Assembly (NCBI GenBank): GCA_049599475.1
Contig: JBMYOQ010000088.1
Span: forward strand, 1-15,644
Source of the DNA: Opitutales bacterium
Lineage (GTDB): Bacteria > Verrucomicrobiota > Verrucomicrobiia > Opitutales > JABSRG01
Length of the DNA: 15,644 nt
Direction of reading: 5' to 3'
The notes beneath the pieces are model-generated. The model saw only the letters and a program-made list of their open reading frames with translations, searched no databases and was not told where the DNA came from. This document shows, piece by piece, positions 1 through 9,932 of this stretch (its first letter is position 1; each line of letters opens with the position of its first letter). The translations under genes were made by a program, and so were the position numbers.

Positions 1-937
1 CTACACCTGCGGTGGGCACAAATAGGCCCAAAATATATTCACGGCTCAACCCCAGCTCAGCACCCAATTCAATAACATGAAAAGTGTAGGCAGTTACCAT
101 CAAGCTCTGTAAACCGAAACAAAGAGTAAATGCCCAAAAAGCAAAAGTCTTCTCAGCCTCGCCCTTCGTAAAATCGCGTTTTATGACTGCATCCAAATTT
201 TCCTTACGAGGCTTTCCAGACACGCCACCATCCATCAAAAGCCCACACTCTTCAGGATTATCCCGTGCAAGCATCCAAAAGATGACAGCCATCCCCAGCA
301 GCATAAAGAGCCCCATCACCTGCCAAGCACCTTGCCACGTAAACTGCACGATCAACTGTTCCATCATAATCGGAGACCCCGAATAAAAGAAGGATACGAC
401 GGCGCCACTCACCGCGGTCACGGCGCCACGACGTTTATCAAACCATTTCCCCACCATTGCACGCGAGGAAAGCGTAACCATTCCCTGTCCCGTAAAGCGA
501 AGTAGCCCAAAACCCAGCGTAATGATCAAGAACGGGACCCACCCTTCGAGGCTGTCCCAACTCACAAGGCCTGTGATCAGCTGCGAGATTCGTTCAACAA
601 AGCTCAGCCCAATCAAAACCACTCCTAGCGAAACAAAAGAGAGGACAATCGACTTGCGTGCTCCGGCTTCATCGAAAAACCGCCCGCCTCGATTCAACCA
701 AACCGCGCTGAGCAAGGTTCCAATCATGTAAGCGATACTCAGCTGCAAAATGCTCAACCCCAAGGCCTCTGATAAACGCGTCGTAAATACGCTCACCCCA
801 ATCGTCTGCCCTGGCATACTGGCACATATCCCCAATGTGCTTAAGGCCACGATTACCCATCCATAAAAAAACGGAAAACGCTTGGGAGCTACTGGAAACT
901 CGGGACTCCAGAGAAGTGCTGGCTTAGATTGACTCAC
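1..937 (-). CDS. MFS transporter (3' end runs off the left edge of the window)
   Basis: Not in the ORF track because it has no stop in the window. Manual translation from GTG at 937 gives MSQSKPALLWSPEFPVAPKRFPFFYGWVIVALSTLGICASMPGQTIGVSVFTTRLSEALGLSILQLSIAYMIGTLLSAVWLNRGGRFFDEAGARKS..., with successive hydrophobic helices and an MFS motif-A-like GRFFDEAGAR. The same frame still reads as hydrophobic protein at the left edge (...SREYILGLFVPTAGV). An upstream in-frame stop lies at 1001-1003. Start codon is inferred. Confidence 0.85.
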   Translation of the reverse strand, partial: MSQSKPALLWSPEFPVAPKRFPFFYGWVIVALSTLGICASMPGQTIGVSVFTTRLSEALGLSILQLSIAYMIGTLLSAVWLNRGGRFFDEAGARKSIVLSFVSLGVVLIGLSFVERISQLITGLVSWDSLEGWVPFLIITLGFGLLRFTGQGMVTLSSRAMVGKWFDKRRGAVTAVSGAVVSFFYSGSPIMMEQLIVQFTWQGAWQVMGLFMLLGMAVIFWMLARDNPEECGLLMDGGVSGKPRKENLDAVIKRDFTKGEAEKTFAFWAFTLCFGLQSLMVTAYTFHVIELGAELGLSREYILGLFVPTAGV

Positions 938-1013
938 CGACGCATCAAGGCGCCCCGTTGCCCGGTGTGCAACCTTGATTTGCGCGGCAAAACACCACTT
1001 TCACAGATTCAAA

Positions 1014-1793
1014 TCATCCCTCTTCGCGGTATTCGGAAGGACTGCTCCCAAAGAACTGTTTAAACATTCGGCTAAAATGGGCGGACTCTGAAAACCCCAC
1101 CTCAAAGGCGATCTCCGTGACTCTTAAATCCGACTCTCGCAGAAGCACCGCCGCCTTCTTCAAACGCACGTTCCAGATCAACTTAGCAGGCGTATCGCCT
1201 GTGAGGGCTTTCATTTTCCGATGTAAGGTGCGCAGGCTGATATGCATTTTCTCCGCAAAAAACTCGGCGGAAAATTCTGAATCCGTCGCAAATTCTTCAA
1301 GTACGTCAAAGGCTGATTGCAAGAACTCCTGGTCGGGAGACTGCTCAATCTTCGGACGCCCTGGTGTCTTAAACTCTCGGCTAAAGCGCTCACGCAGGTG
1401 TTTTCGGCTCTCCAGTAGATTATCGACACGAACTTGGAGAATTTCGCTAATGAAAGGCTTGGTAATGTAATCATCCGCGCCCGTTTTAAGGCCTTTCAGC
1501 TGACTTTCAGTCGATGATTTAGCAGTGAGTAGGATAAACGGGACATGCGAGGTCTCAGGAGCTGTTTTGACCTTTGCACAGAGCTCCACTCCATCCATTC
1601 GCGGCATCATCAAGTCCGAGACAATAAGATCCGGTATTTGGCTATTCGCACATTCCCAGCCCTCTTCTCCATCTTGGGCAGTGATCACCTGATACTTGTC
1701 CTCAAATTCTGATTCCAGAAACTCAAGAAAGTCCCGGTCATCTTCCACAATCAGAATGATGGGTGTAGGGTTTTCTTCCTCTTCGGATTGCAT
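1014..1793 (-). CDS. Response regulator with receiver domain and AraC-type HTH (output half of a hybrid two-component-type system)
   Basis: REC motifs ILIVEDD, phospho-acceptor SDLMMP, LLTAK and ITKPF. C-terminal AraC signature IAFEVGFSESAHFSRMFKQFFGSSPSEYR. Confidence 0.95.
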   Translation of the reverse strand: MQSEEEENPTPIILIVEDDRDFLEFLESEFEDKYQVITAQDGEEGWECANSQIPDLIVSDLMMPRMDGVELCAKVKTAPETSHVPFILLTAKSSTESQLKGLKTGADDYITKPFISEILQVRVDNLLESRKHLRERFSREFKTPGRPKIEQSPDQEFLQSAFDVLEEFATDSEFSAEFFAEKMHISLRTLHRKMKALTGDTPAKLIWNVRLKKAAVLLRESDLRVTEIAFEVGFSESAHFSRMFKQFFGSSPSEYREEG

Positions 1794-1794
1794 T

Positions 1795-4700
1795 CTAAGG
1801 CCGAGCTAGGGTTAACGACACCGTAAAACGGGTGCCTGGTTTTTTCGGGTCTTCATAAATGGGGCTCTCCACACCAATATCGCCTCCAAGGGCTGAGACC
1901 AGCTCTTTAGTCAAATTGAGCCCGATCCCGGAGCCGTCGACGATCGAGCTTTCCGGGACGCGGTAATACCGGTCGAATATATTTTCCAAATGCTCCTTCT
2001 CAATCCCCAGGCCATTATCTTCTACAACAATCGTAATACGTTCAGCATCCGCGCTTGCATCCGCAAACTGTAATGTCACACACACACGCCCCTCTTTGCG
2101 CGTATATTTGATCGCATTATTCACAATGTTTAAAACAATCTTTCTCAGTTTGTCTGTATCTACCTTTACACGACAGGACCTCCCGGCATCCAGCTCCAAG
2201 GCAATATCATTCATCTGAGCCATCGGCTCGAGAGACTCTACAGACTCTTTTACAACCTGAGACACATCGGCGATTTCGACATTTAATGGACTCGTTCCCA
2301 TTTCGAGCTTCTGTAAATCCATAATTTGTCCGACTAAAGTCGATACGCGATTAGCATTGCGCATCGCCATGCTGAGCTGCTTTTGCTTCTTCGGATCGGC
2401 TTCACTTCTCAGCACCTTTTTGATCGGCTCTACAATCAAGGTGAGAGGTGTATTCAGCTCGTGGGATATATTCGTAAAAAACCCTGTTTTCACCCGATCA
2501 AGCTCTCTTAAATGCTCTTCTCGCTGCTCTTGCTGTCCTATAATGTATCGCTCTCGGTTTCGAATAATAATTACGATCAGGGCAACTGTCAGGACAGTAA
2601 ACACACACATCACCCCAATAAACCAAGGCCGCATCCAAATAGGAGCTTCCACATAAAACTGCGCCACCGCAGGTGTGAGATCTATATTAAATGCCAGGTC
2701 TCGCGAGCGCACTTCGAGGCGGTGCTGACCTCGCTCTAATTCGACAAATGTGTGCTGATTTTCCGAGGAAAACGGACTCCATGCCCCTCCATTCAAACGC
2801 CAAGAATACTGTATCATCTCCCTCGGTGTATCGCTCCACGGATCCCGGGCATCCCAGACTATGTGCGTATTTCCGGGCTGGGACACGGTTTCCAAAAAAG
2901 AAACTATCCGCGTCTCAGGCGGACTCTCCTCCGGATTGTAGCGAATCGATTGAAAGCGATCCGACTGGGTCTCAAAACTTGGCAGCGGCGAGGGAGGCTC
3001 GCGGTCATTAAAATTCAGCCAGAGCGACCCATCCGTAGTCTGCCGTATCCCACTCCACCGGCGCACCATCGCCATCTCTTGCGGAAAGACGTTCGCCACC
3101 CAAGTCTCCCCATCGAAGCGGCTAATACCTCCCCGATTTGCCGCGAGGATATCACCATTCTCCAGCTCAAACAAATCCGCTACATTATGATCCGCCAGGC
3201 CATCTTTGCGCGTAAAGAAACGCCAGATGTCTCCATTATAGTGGTACACTCCCGCATTTTCCTTTGCTATCCACAGATTGGAATTTTGGTCGACAATCAG
3301 ATCCATCGTATTGAGTCCCCGCAATTCGACCTCCTTCTTTATCGAACGAGCATTTCGATCCAGCTTGTAAATAAACGTAGAACCCACCCACGCCGTGCCG
3401 TCGGGGCCATTCTCGAGCGCAGTAACGAAGTACGGCGCTTTATTTTCGAAATATCGATGCACTTGCTCCACCTCACCATTCACAGTAACTGCAAACTCTA
3501 AGGCTCCCCCGGCGCCCTCGTTGGGCAAACGCCGGCCTCCCGCCCCCATCACGATCGTCCCCGCATCAGTCTCTATGAGCGAGTTGGGCTCGATCCAGTG
3601 CGCAAAATCAGCCAAACGGTACCGACGCCAGGCCTTTCCATTGTAGACAGCGAAAGCCGCGCGTTTTTCATGCTGACCAGCCACCCAAATGAATCCATGC
3701 GATGAATACAACATGGCGTGAATATCATCAATCAATCCATCCCTCCGAGAGTATTCGGTCCAGTCTCCAGTTTGCCTATCCAGCTTGACCACCGCGTGAG
3801 AAATAATTGAGCGAAACCACCAATTTCCAGCGGAGTCCTCACACTCAAAATTGAGCCCTCGGTAGGTAAGCCACCGCTCAGTTCCGATATCCAAAGAAAA
3901 AGCATAACCTATTCTTCCTAATAACCAGAGACGATCTCGACTGCTTTCAAAGAAGGATGCCGGCTGACTCGGCAAACCGAAGTGCCCAAGTAAATACGAA
4001 CGTACGCTTCCGTCATTAAATATCCCAATTAGCTCATTCTGCGAACTAGCCCAAATAGCACCCTTCTCACTGGGATAGAGGGAAAACACTCTATTGTTAC
4101 CAGCATCTTCAAACGGAGTCCAAACGCCTGATTCAGGACTGAACTTGTATATATAATTGTAGCCCGAATCGTCCGCATACCAGATCGATCCATCGTCAGC
4201 CATGACCAAAGATATTTCCCGAGCGTCGACATCGAAGGGTACTTCGATCCTTTCAACATTCGATTCACCTCCGGCACCTGATGTAATCTTAAGTAAATGT
4301 GCGGTCGTCGAAATATCTTTTTCCGCCATCCATAAAGTACCCGAATCATCGATACAGATTGCTCCAAAAAATCCATCCGTCGGTGCACGGCGCACGAGCT
4401 CAGCCGACTCAAAATCCGCACGAATACGCCAGAGTCGCTTCGGGACTGACAACCAATAAGTGCCATCTGCAGATTGTTCTAAATCAGCAGTGAAGACTGC
4501 ATCTCCAGCATCTTCGATGATCACTTTCCAGGATGCCCCATCTTTCAGCACCAAACTCTCACCGATATATGCCAATATGCGCCCGTCGTCCAAAGCTTTG
4601 ATCTGGCTTGCCCACGGAATATCTTTCCTGCTTTCAATTCGACTCAAGAGATCTTCATCGAATTCAATGACCTCGAGTGCCGTTCCATCGTAGTGTGCCA

Positions 4701-4899
4701 GGCTTCCCACATTGCCAAACCAGAGAGATCCGTCAGGGGCCTCATCCATGCACAATACACTCAGATCATCGAGTAAGCTCTCCTCTCGCCACCGCCAAAG
4801 CTCGTTAACAGGGTCTGCAAACGTTGGTGTATAGGGCCGCTGAGCATAGGCATTCCAAGCCCAGAGCGCGACAAGGCTGAATACTATCGAGCGATACAT
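1795..4899 (-). CDS. Membrane sensor histidine kinase with periplasmic beta-propeller and Y_Y_Y domain (HTCS-type sensor, no fused receiver)
   Basis: Signal-peptide-like MYRSIVFSLVALWAWNAYA|Q; ATG 4899 is preferred, alternatives are 4908 and 4947. Propeller repeats (DGSLWFG, DGTYWL, DGSIWY, RRDGLIDD, RKDGLADH). Y_Y_Y-like QYSWRLNGGAWS...LERGQHRLEVRSRD. TM helix WFIGVMCVFTVLTVALIVIII. H-box FFTNISHELNTPL, N-box NIVNNAIKYT, G1 DNGLGI, G2 GSGIGL. Confidence 0.93.
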   Translation of the reverse strand: MYRSIVFSLVALWAWNAYAQRPYTPTFADPVNELWRWREESLLDDLSVLCMDEAPDGSLWFGNVGSLAHYDGTALEVIEFDEDLLSRIESRKDIPWASQIKALDDGRILAYIGESLVLKDGASWKVIIEDAGDAVFTADLEQSADGTYWLSVPKRLWRIRADFESAELVRRAPTDGFFGAICIDDSGTLWMAEKDISTTAHLLKITSGAGGESNVERIEVPFDVDAREISLVMADDGSIWYADDSGYNYIYKFSPESGVWTPFEDAGNNRVFSLYPSEKGAIWASSQNELIGIFNDGSVRSYLLGHFGLPSQPASFFESSRDRLWLLGRIGYAFSLDIGTERWLTYRGLNFECEDSAGNWWFRSIISHAVVKLDRQTGDWTEYSRRDGLIDDIHAMLYSSHGFIWVAGQHEKRAAFAVYNGKAWRRYRLADFAHWIEPNSLIETDAGTIVMGAGGRRLPNEGAGGALEFAVTVNGEVEQVHRYFENKAPYFVTALENGPDGTAWVGSTFIYKLDRNARSIKKEVELRGLNTMDLIVDQNSNLWIAKENAGVYHYNGDIWRFFTRKDGLADHNVADLFELENGDILAANRGGISRFDGETWVANVFPQEMAMVRRWSGIRQTTDGSLWLNFNDREPPSPLPSFETQSDRFQSIRYNPEESPPETRIVSFLETVSQPGNTHIVWDARDPWSDTPREMIQYSWRLNGGAWSPFSSENQHTFVELERGQHRLEVRSRDLAFNIDLTPAVAQFYVEAPIWMRPWFIGVMCVFTVLTVALIVIIIRNRERYIIGQQEQREEHLRELDRVKTGFFTNISHELNTPLTLIVEPIKKVLRSEADPKKQKQLSMAMRNANRVSTLVGQIMDLQKLEMGTSPLNVEIADVSQVVKESVESLEPMAQMNDIALELDAGRSCRVKVDTDKLRKIVLNIVNNAIKYTRKEGRVCVTLQFADASADAERITIVVEDNGLGIEKEHLENIFDRYYRVPESSIVDGSGIGLNLTKELVSALGGDIGVESPIYEDPKKPGTRFTVSLTLARP

Positions 4900-5042
4900 C
4901 AGTGCCATGCCCCTCGGCACCATCGCTTCGATTAATCGCATACCCATTCAGAAATTAACGCCGTAATCCCTTTAAAGTAAACGACTTGAGTCAATGAAAG
5001 TTTCCAGGATGCACCGCTCGCCCAGAATCGTCGCGAAAGGAA

Positions 5043-5096
5043 GCTGAGCAGAATGCCTCTACGCGGTCGGCTCAGCCCTCATCGGTAAGAACCTAC
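5043..5096. repeat. Intergenic palindrome, REP-like or terminator-like
   Basis: GCTGAGC (5043-5049) and GCTCAGC (5070-5076) form an inverted pair. CTCAGCCCT (5071-5079) recurs at 13903-13911. A GTAG reads on the minus strand at 5093-5096. Confidence 0.3.
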
Positions 5097-5101
5097 TGAG
5101 C

Positions 5102-6496
5102 TTACCCTTCGAATCCCTCGTCGAGGGCTCGTTTGAGCTGAGAGCGAAGGTTTGAATATTCTGGATTGCGGGCGAGATTGTAGAATTCCCCTGGGTCCTT
5201 GACATGGTCATAAAGCTCTACGCCGAGTTCACCGTCTTGTCCCCATTCGGTATATCGCCATCTCGGTGAACGGATGCTGCGGCCCGAGTTTTTACCACGC
5301 TGTACTTGCGTGAAGGCCATATGCTTGGTCACCGCATTTGGATCATCCAATATTGGGCGCATGCTTTTGCCTGAGAGCGCATGTGGCGCCTGGAGACCCG
5401 CGAGGTCTACCAATGTAGGGTATATGTCTACGAGCTCGATTATCGATTCCGTCTTTTGCCCCATACCTCTCGAGTTCGGACTCCACACGATAAATGGGAC
5501 ACGTGCACTGGTCTCAAAGAGGGTGACCTTGTTCCACCACCCTTTATGTCCGAGGTGGTATCCGTGGTCACTCATTAGAATGACAATCGTGTTATCCCAC
5601 AAATTCAAGCGATCCATCGTCGCGAAGACCTTGCCCAACTGAGCATCCACAAAGCTCACGCACGCCTGATAGGCTCGCTTAAACTCGCTTCTTTCTGCAT
5701 CCGTAAAATCTGCGAATAAGCTCTGATTGGGCAGTGCATAGCGCTCCAATTCACTACGATTTTCGGGCTCCTGCTCGAGCTTTGTGGAGCCCTCGGGATA
5801 CAGATCAAAATATTGCTTTGGAGCTACAAACGGATCGTGCGGTTTGTGAATTCCGTATCCGATGAAGAATGGCTCATCGTGGATTTCTTCGAGTTTCTTT
5901 ACCAATGCATCCGCATTCTGCCCATCAGGTTGGCCGAGGTCGCCACCCTCAGCAGCGCGCCAGTGCGCCCACTTCAACTTACCGCCTGTGAGGTTGCGAC
6001 CCTCGCCTTTTCGGCCAAGAGGCGTTGTATTCTGCAAGGTGTCCGAAAAGTAGTCCCAGGATTGTGGATCTTCAAAGAGCACACGTTTCCCATCAGGATC
6101 ATCGACACTGAGGTGATAGATTTTACCGATTCCCACCGTCTTGTAACCATTTTCGCGGAAGAGCTGAGGCAGGGTCACCAAATTGGGGTGCGGCCGACGC
6201 AAAGGGGTTTTATTGGAGAGAATTCCTACCTCGTTAGGTCTCAATCCGGTCGTAAACGAAGCACGACTTGGATTACAGACCGGATACTGTGCATATGCTT
6301 TGTTAAACAACATGCCCTTCGCCGCCAAACGGTCGATATTTGGAGAAATGACGTCCTCGGCCCCATAGCAACCTAGCTCCGTTCTCAGATCATCCAAAAC
6401 AATCCATAGGACATTCGGACGCTCCTGAGCAGCGAGCCCGGAGCACAAAACCAGTAAAAATAATAACCTGATCACAAAGAAGCGTGTTTCTTTCAT
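5102..6496 (-). CDS. Secreted formylglycine-dependent (Cys-type) S1 sulfatase, iduronate-2-sulfatase-like
   Basis: RPNVLWIVLDDLR metal-binding start, CNPSRASFTTG (CxPxR), GKIYH, HKPHDPF, SDHGYHLG and ELYD motifs. Start placed at ATG 6496 (MKETRFF...LAA|Q, signal-peptide-like); the longer ORF to 6604 looks like upstream overrun. Confidence 0.93.
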   Translation of the reverse strand: MKETRFFVIRLLFLLVLCSGLAAQERPNVLWIVLDDLRTELGCYGAEDVISPNIDRLAAKGMLFNKAYAQYPVCNPSRASFTTGLRPNEVGILSNKTPLRRPHPNLVTLPQLFRENGYKTVGIGKIYHLSVDDPDGKRVLFEDPQSWDYFSDTLQNTTPLGRKGEGRNLTGGKLKWAHWRAAEGGDLGQPDGQNADALVKKLEEIHDEPFFIGYGIHKPHDPFVAPKQYFDLYPEGSTKLEQEPENRSELERYALPNQSLFADFTDAERSEFKRAYQACVSFVDAQLGKVFATMDRLNLWDNTIVILMSDHGYHLGHKGWWNKVTLFETSARVPFIVWSPNSRGMGQKTESIIELVDIYPTLVDLAGLQAPHALSGKSMRPILDDPNAVTKHMAFTQVQRGKNSGRSIRSPRWRYTEWGQDGELGVELYDHVKDPGEFYNLARNPEYSNLRSQLKRALDEGFEG

Positions 6497-6645
6497 AGTA
6501 GGATTTAGCGGAGTAAAAGACTTCAATTTTAACAAATAGTCCGATTTTGCGTAAGCTGAGCTTTCGCCCGGGTATCGGGAGTCTTTGTCCCGGCAATCAC
6601 ACAAACTGTCTAAATTTCGTAGATCCGCGCTATTCCATTAGAACT

Positions 6646-8496
6646 GTGACCTTACCCTCTTCGATTTCTACCCTTTCCGCTCTTTCCTGCCTCTTGTGCG
6701 CGTCCGTTTTCTCAGTCCGCGCAGCCGAAAATGACTCTACCTGGCCCGTCTCTTCGGGTCCCAATAACAATTGGAGCGTGGAGACGACCAAGGACGTTCC
6801 GCTCCAGTGGTCCGTCAGGAACCCCAAAAACATCCGCTGGGCTCAGCCTCTTCCCGCGGGCGGCCAGAGCGGCATCACCATTTGGGAGAATCGTCTTTTC
6901 CTAACAATAAATCCTCCCCTCGACACACCTGCTCTAGTCGAGTTGCGAGCACAGGGACAAGCTGCAAAGGCGGATTTTGAGGCGCGTTTCGCAAAAGCTC
7001 TCTCGATGACGAAAAATGAAGATGCCGCCGGATACCAGTCAGCATCTCAAACACTCGAGCAGGCAGAGAAGGCATTGAAACAACTGCTCAGTCAGAAAAA
7101 CGGAAAAATTACGCGGGCTATGAGGAAAAGCCCCGAATGGAAAGCATTCGAAAAGGCGCAGAAGGACTACAACTCCCTCATATACAAGCAGGATCGAAGC
7201 CTCCCAAAACTCATGCAGACAGCAGATAAGCTCCTTGCCGAGATGCCCAGTCCCGCACGCAGTCCCGACCTCATCCTACTCTGTGTGGATGCGGACACTG
7301 GGCAGGTGCTCTGGGAGAAACTCGTCGAAGGGCAGCTCCCTACCGACTACAACTATGGGTTTAGTGACTCAACGACGCCCACTCCGATTACTGACGGTGA
7401 ATTCGTCTGGGCAATCAATGCTAGCGGTGGGATGGCCTGCTTTACATTCGAAGGCGAGCCCGTTTGGAATCGCAAATGGCACCCCACGACAGGCGGCAAG
7501 CCCTTCAATAAGCAATTCGACTCGATCATCCACGGAGACCTCATTCTCAACGTAGAACCGCCACAAGCAGACGACCCAGAGAGAAACGCCGAATGGAACT
7601 ACCTACACGCCTTCGACAAAAGGACCGGCCTACATCGCTGGACGTCTAAAGATGCACTCACCCATTACAATATGCCAAGCATCGGGACGCATGTCAGTGG
7701 CAAGACTGCGGTGCTCATGGCACGCGGAGGCCCTCACGGAGTCCCAGAACGCCCCGTAGGCCTGAGCCTTGTCGACATTGAGACAGGTGAATCTATCTGG
7801 ACCTGGGCAGCCCCTGGCGACAACAAGGTAACCGGCTGGGGCTCGCTCAACGCCATGCACTGGGATACCGAAAAGACATTCTGGATCACTCCAGCCGAAA
7901 TCATCTCAATCGACACTAAAAATGGGAGCACCTTATCCACCCATTCTATCACCAAATTCGACGTTTACAATTTCGACGAGGCATCCGGAAAGTATCAACT
8001 GACTCAGGACAAGAAGACCGGGAAGATCGACTGGGAATGGTACACCAATTTCCGAGTAGGCAACAAAGTTTACTACCTCCTCCGCCACTCGCCCTTCCTC
8101 GCGTGCCATGATCTTGATACCGGAAAAACCATTCATCTAGAGTTGCCTCGAGAATTCAATGACAACGGTACCTACATTTGGAAAACCCCACAATCCAATG
8201 ACGGCCTGAACTCACGCGACCAACGCCACGCGCGCGACGCACGCACGCTCGGAGACGGCTTCCAGCGCATATTCTTGGGCACACCTACCCGAATAAATCA
8301 ATACCTCTACTTCACAAACGCCCTGGGTATGGTCTACGTAATAGATACCAGCAAAGATGAATTCGGGCCCGCTTCGGTCGCAGCAGTCAACGACCTCGGT
8401 AAACGTGGTGAGACCTGGACGGTAAACTCTTTGTCCTATTCAAACGGATACATTTACCACAGAACACTAAAAGAACTTATCCGCATCGGGAAGTAG
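6646..8496 (+). CDS. Secreted PQQ-like/BamB-like beta-propeller repeat protein with a helical insertion
   Basis: Signal peptide from GTG 6646 (MTLPSS...LLCASVFSVRA|A). WPVSSGP start motif and Trp-docking propeller repeats LLCVDADTGQVLW, ACFTFEGEPVW, HAFDKRTGLHRW, LVDIETGESIW. C-terminal GYIYHRTLKELIRIG is typical of this family. Function unknown; start inferred. Confidence 0.8.
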   Translation: MTLPSSISTLSALSCLLCASVFSVRAAENDSTWPVSSGPNNNWSVETTKDVPLQWSVRNPKNIRWAQPLPAGGQSGITIWENRLFLTINPPLDTPALVELRAQGQAAKADFEARFAKALSMTKNEDAAGYQSASQTLEQAEKALKQLLSQKNGKITRAMRKSPEWKAFEKAQKDYNSLIYKQDRSLPKLMQTADKLLAEMPSPARSPDLILLCVDADTGQVLWEKLVEGQLPTDYNYGFSDSTTPTPITDGEFVWAINASGGMACFTFEGEPVWNRKWHPTTGGKPFNKQFDSIIHGDLILNVEPPQADDPERNAEWNYLHAFDKRTGLHRWTSKDALTHYNMPSIGTHVSGKTAVLMARGGPHGVPERPVGLSLVDIETGESIWTWAAPGDNKVTGWGSLNAMHWDTEKTFWITPAEIISIDTKNGSTLSTHSITKFDVYNFDEASGKYQLTQDKKTGKIDWEWYTNFRVGNKVYYLLRHSPFLACHDLDTGKTIHLELPREFNDNGTYIWKTPQSNDGLNSRDQRHARDARTLGDGFQRIFLGTPTRINQYLYFTNALGMVYVIDTSKDEFGPASVAAVNDLGKRGETWTVNSLSYSNGYIYHRTLKELIRIGK

Positions 8497-8509
8497 ATGG
8501 AAAATAGTT

Positions 8510-8701
8510 TAGCTCCACGAACTACACGAAAATACTATAAGGTTACTCAAAAGTGTTTTCGTAAACCTGGGAGGGAGATTGTCCTCGACCGACATCACTC
8601 GGCCTTAGCCGCCGGAGCTAACAGGCCCATGCCCGCTCGGTGAGCGAGCGCTACCGCTGATGCAAATTGCAGGTGGGTGTTTCGCGCATTTCGTGGACCT
8701 A
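8510..8701. repeat. Long imperfect inverted repeat enclosing REP-like hairpins
   Basis: TAGCTCCACGAACTACACGAAA (8510-8531) pairs with TTTCGCGCATTTCGTGGACCTA (8680-8701) at 18 of 22 positions. Inside, the minus strand reads GGTAG-CGCTCG-CTCAC-CGAGCG (8634-8655). Confidence 0.6.
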
Positions 8702-8721
8702 GAAATTCCGCACATGGGCAC

Positions 8722-8755
8722 AAAAAAAACGCCTCCCGAAACTGGAAGGCGTTTT
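8722..8755 (-). terminator. Rho-independent terminator of the glutamine synthetase gene (probably bidirectional)
   Basis: Minus strand reads AAAACGCCTTCC-AGTTTCG-GGAGGCG followed by T8, about 30 nt after the GS stop codon. The plus strand also has a T4 tract after the stem. Confidence 0.85.
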
Positions 8756-8782
8756 GTAAAATAAGAAGTATCGAAAAACCGA

Positions 8783-9802
<1,020 letters not shown>

Positions 9803-9897
9803 ATGTTATAAGTTGTCTGTCTGTGTAACAGTTGGTGTTCAATAGACTGATTGCTGGTCAGTTAGGTAAGAGATTAACCGACGCGGCGAGCACCTTT

Positions 9898-9913
9898 AGC
9901 AATTGATATGCCA
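9898..9913 (-). promoter_or_regulatory. Sigma-54 (RpoN) -24/-12 promoter of glnII
   Basis: Minus strand TGGCAT-ATCAA-TTGCT has exact GG-N10-GC spacing and one mismatch to TGGCAC-N5-TTGCW. It lies ~95 nt upstream of the GS ATG in the correct orientation. Confidence 0.85.
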
Positions 9914-9932
9914 CTGCGTTTCAATGGATCGA

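Noticed and set aside
183..860. Short ORFs 183-386 (+), 522-731 (+) and 669-860 (-)
   Set aside because: All overlap the MFS transporter frame and show no recognisable motifs.
2357..4693. Antisense and alternate-frame ORFs within the sensor kinase, including the 249-aa ORF 2752-3501
   Set aside because: Shadow ORFs of a well-supported gene, Arg/Ser/Pro-rich and without motifs.
6586..6610. TGTC direct repeat with 21-bp period as a possible AraC-type binding site
   Set aside because: Only 4 bp match; not distinguishable from chance without orthologous sequences.
6497..6645. Apparent head-to-head overlap of the sulfatase ORF (to 6604) and propeller ORF (from 6547)
   Set aside because: Artefact of longest-ORF calling. 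Signal-peptide positions put the starts at 6496 and 6646, leaving a 149-bp divergent spacer.
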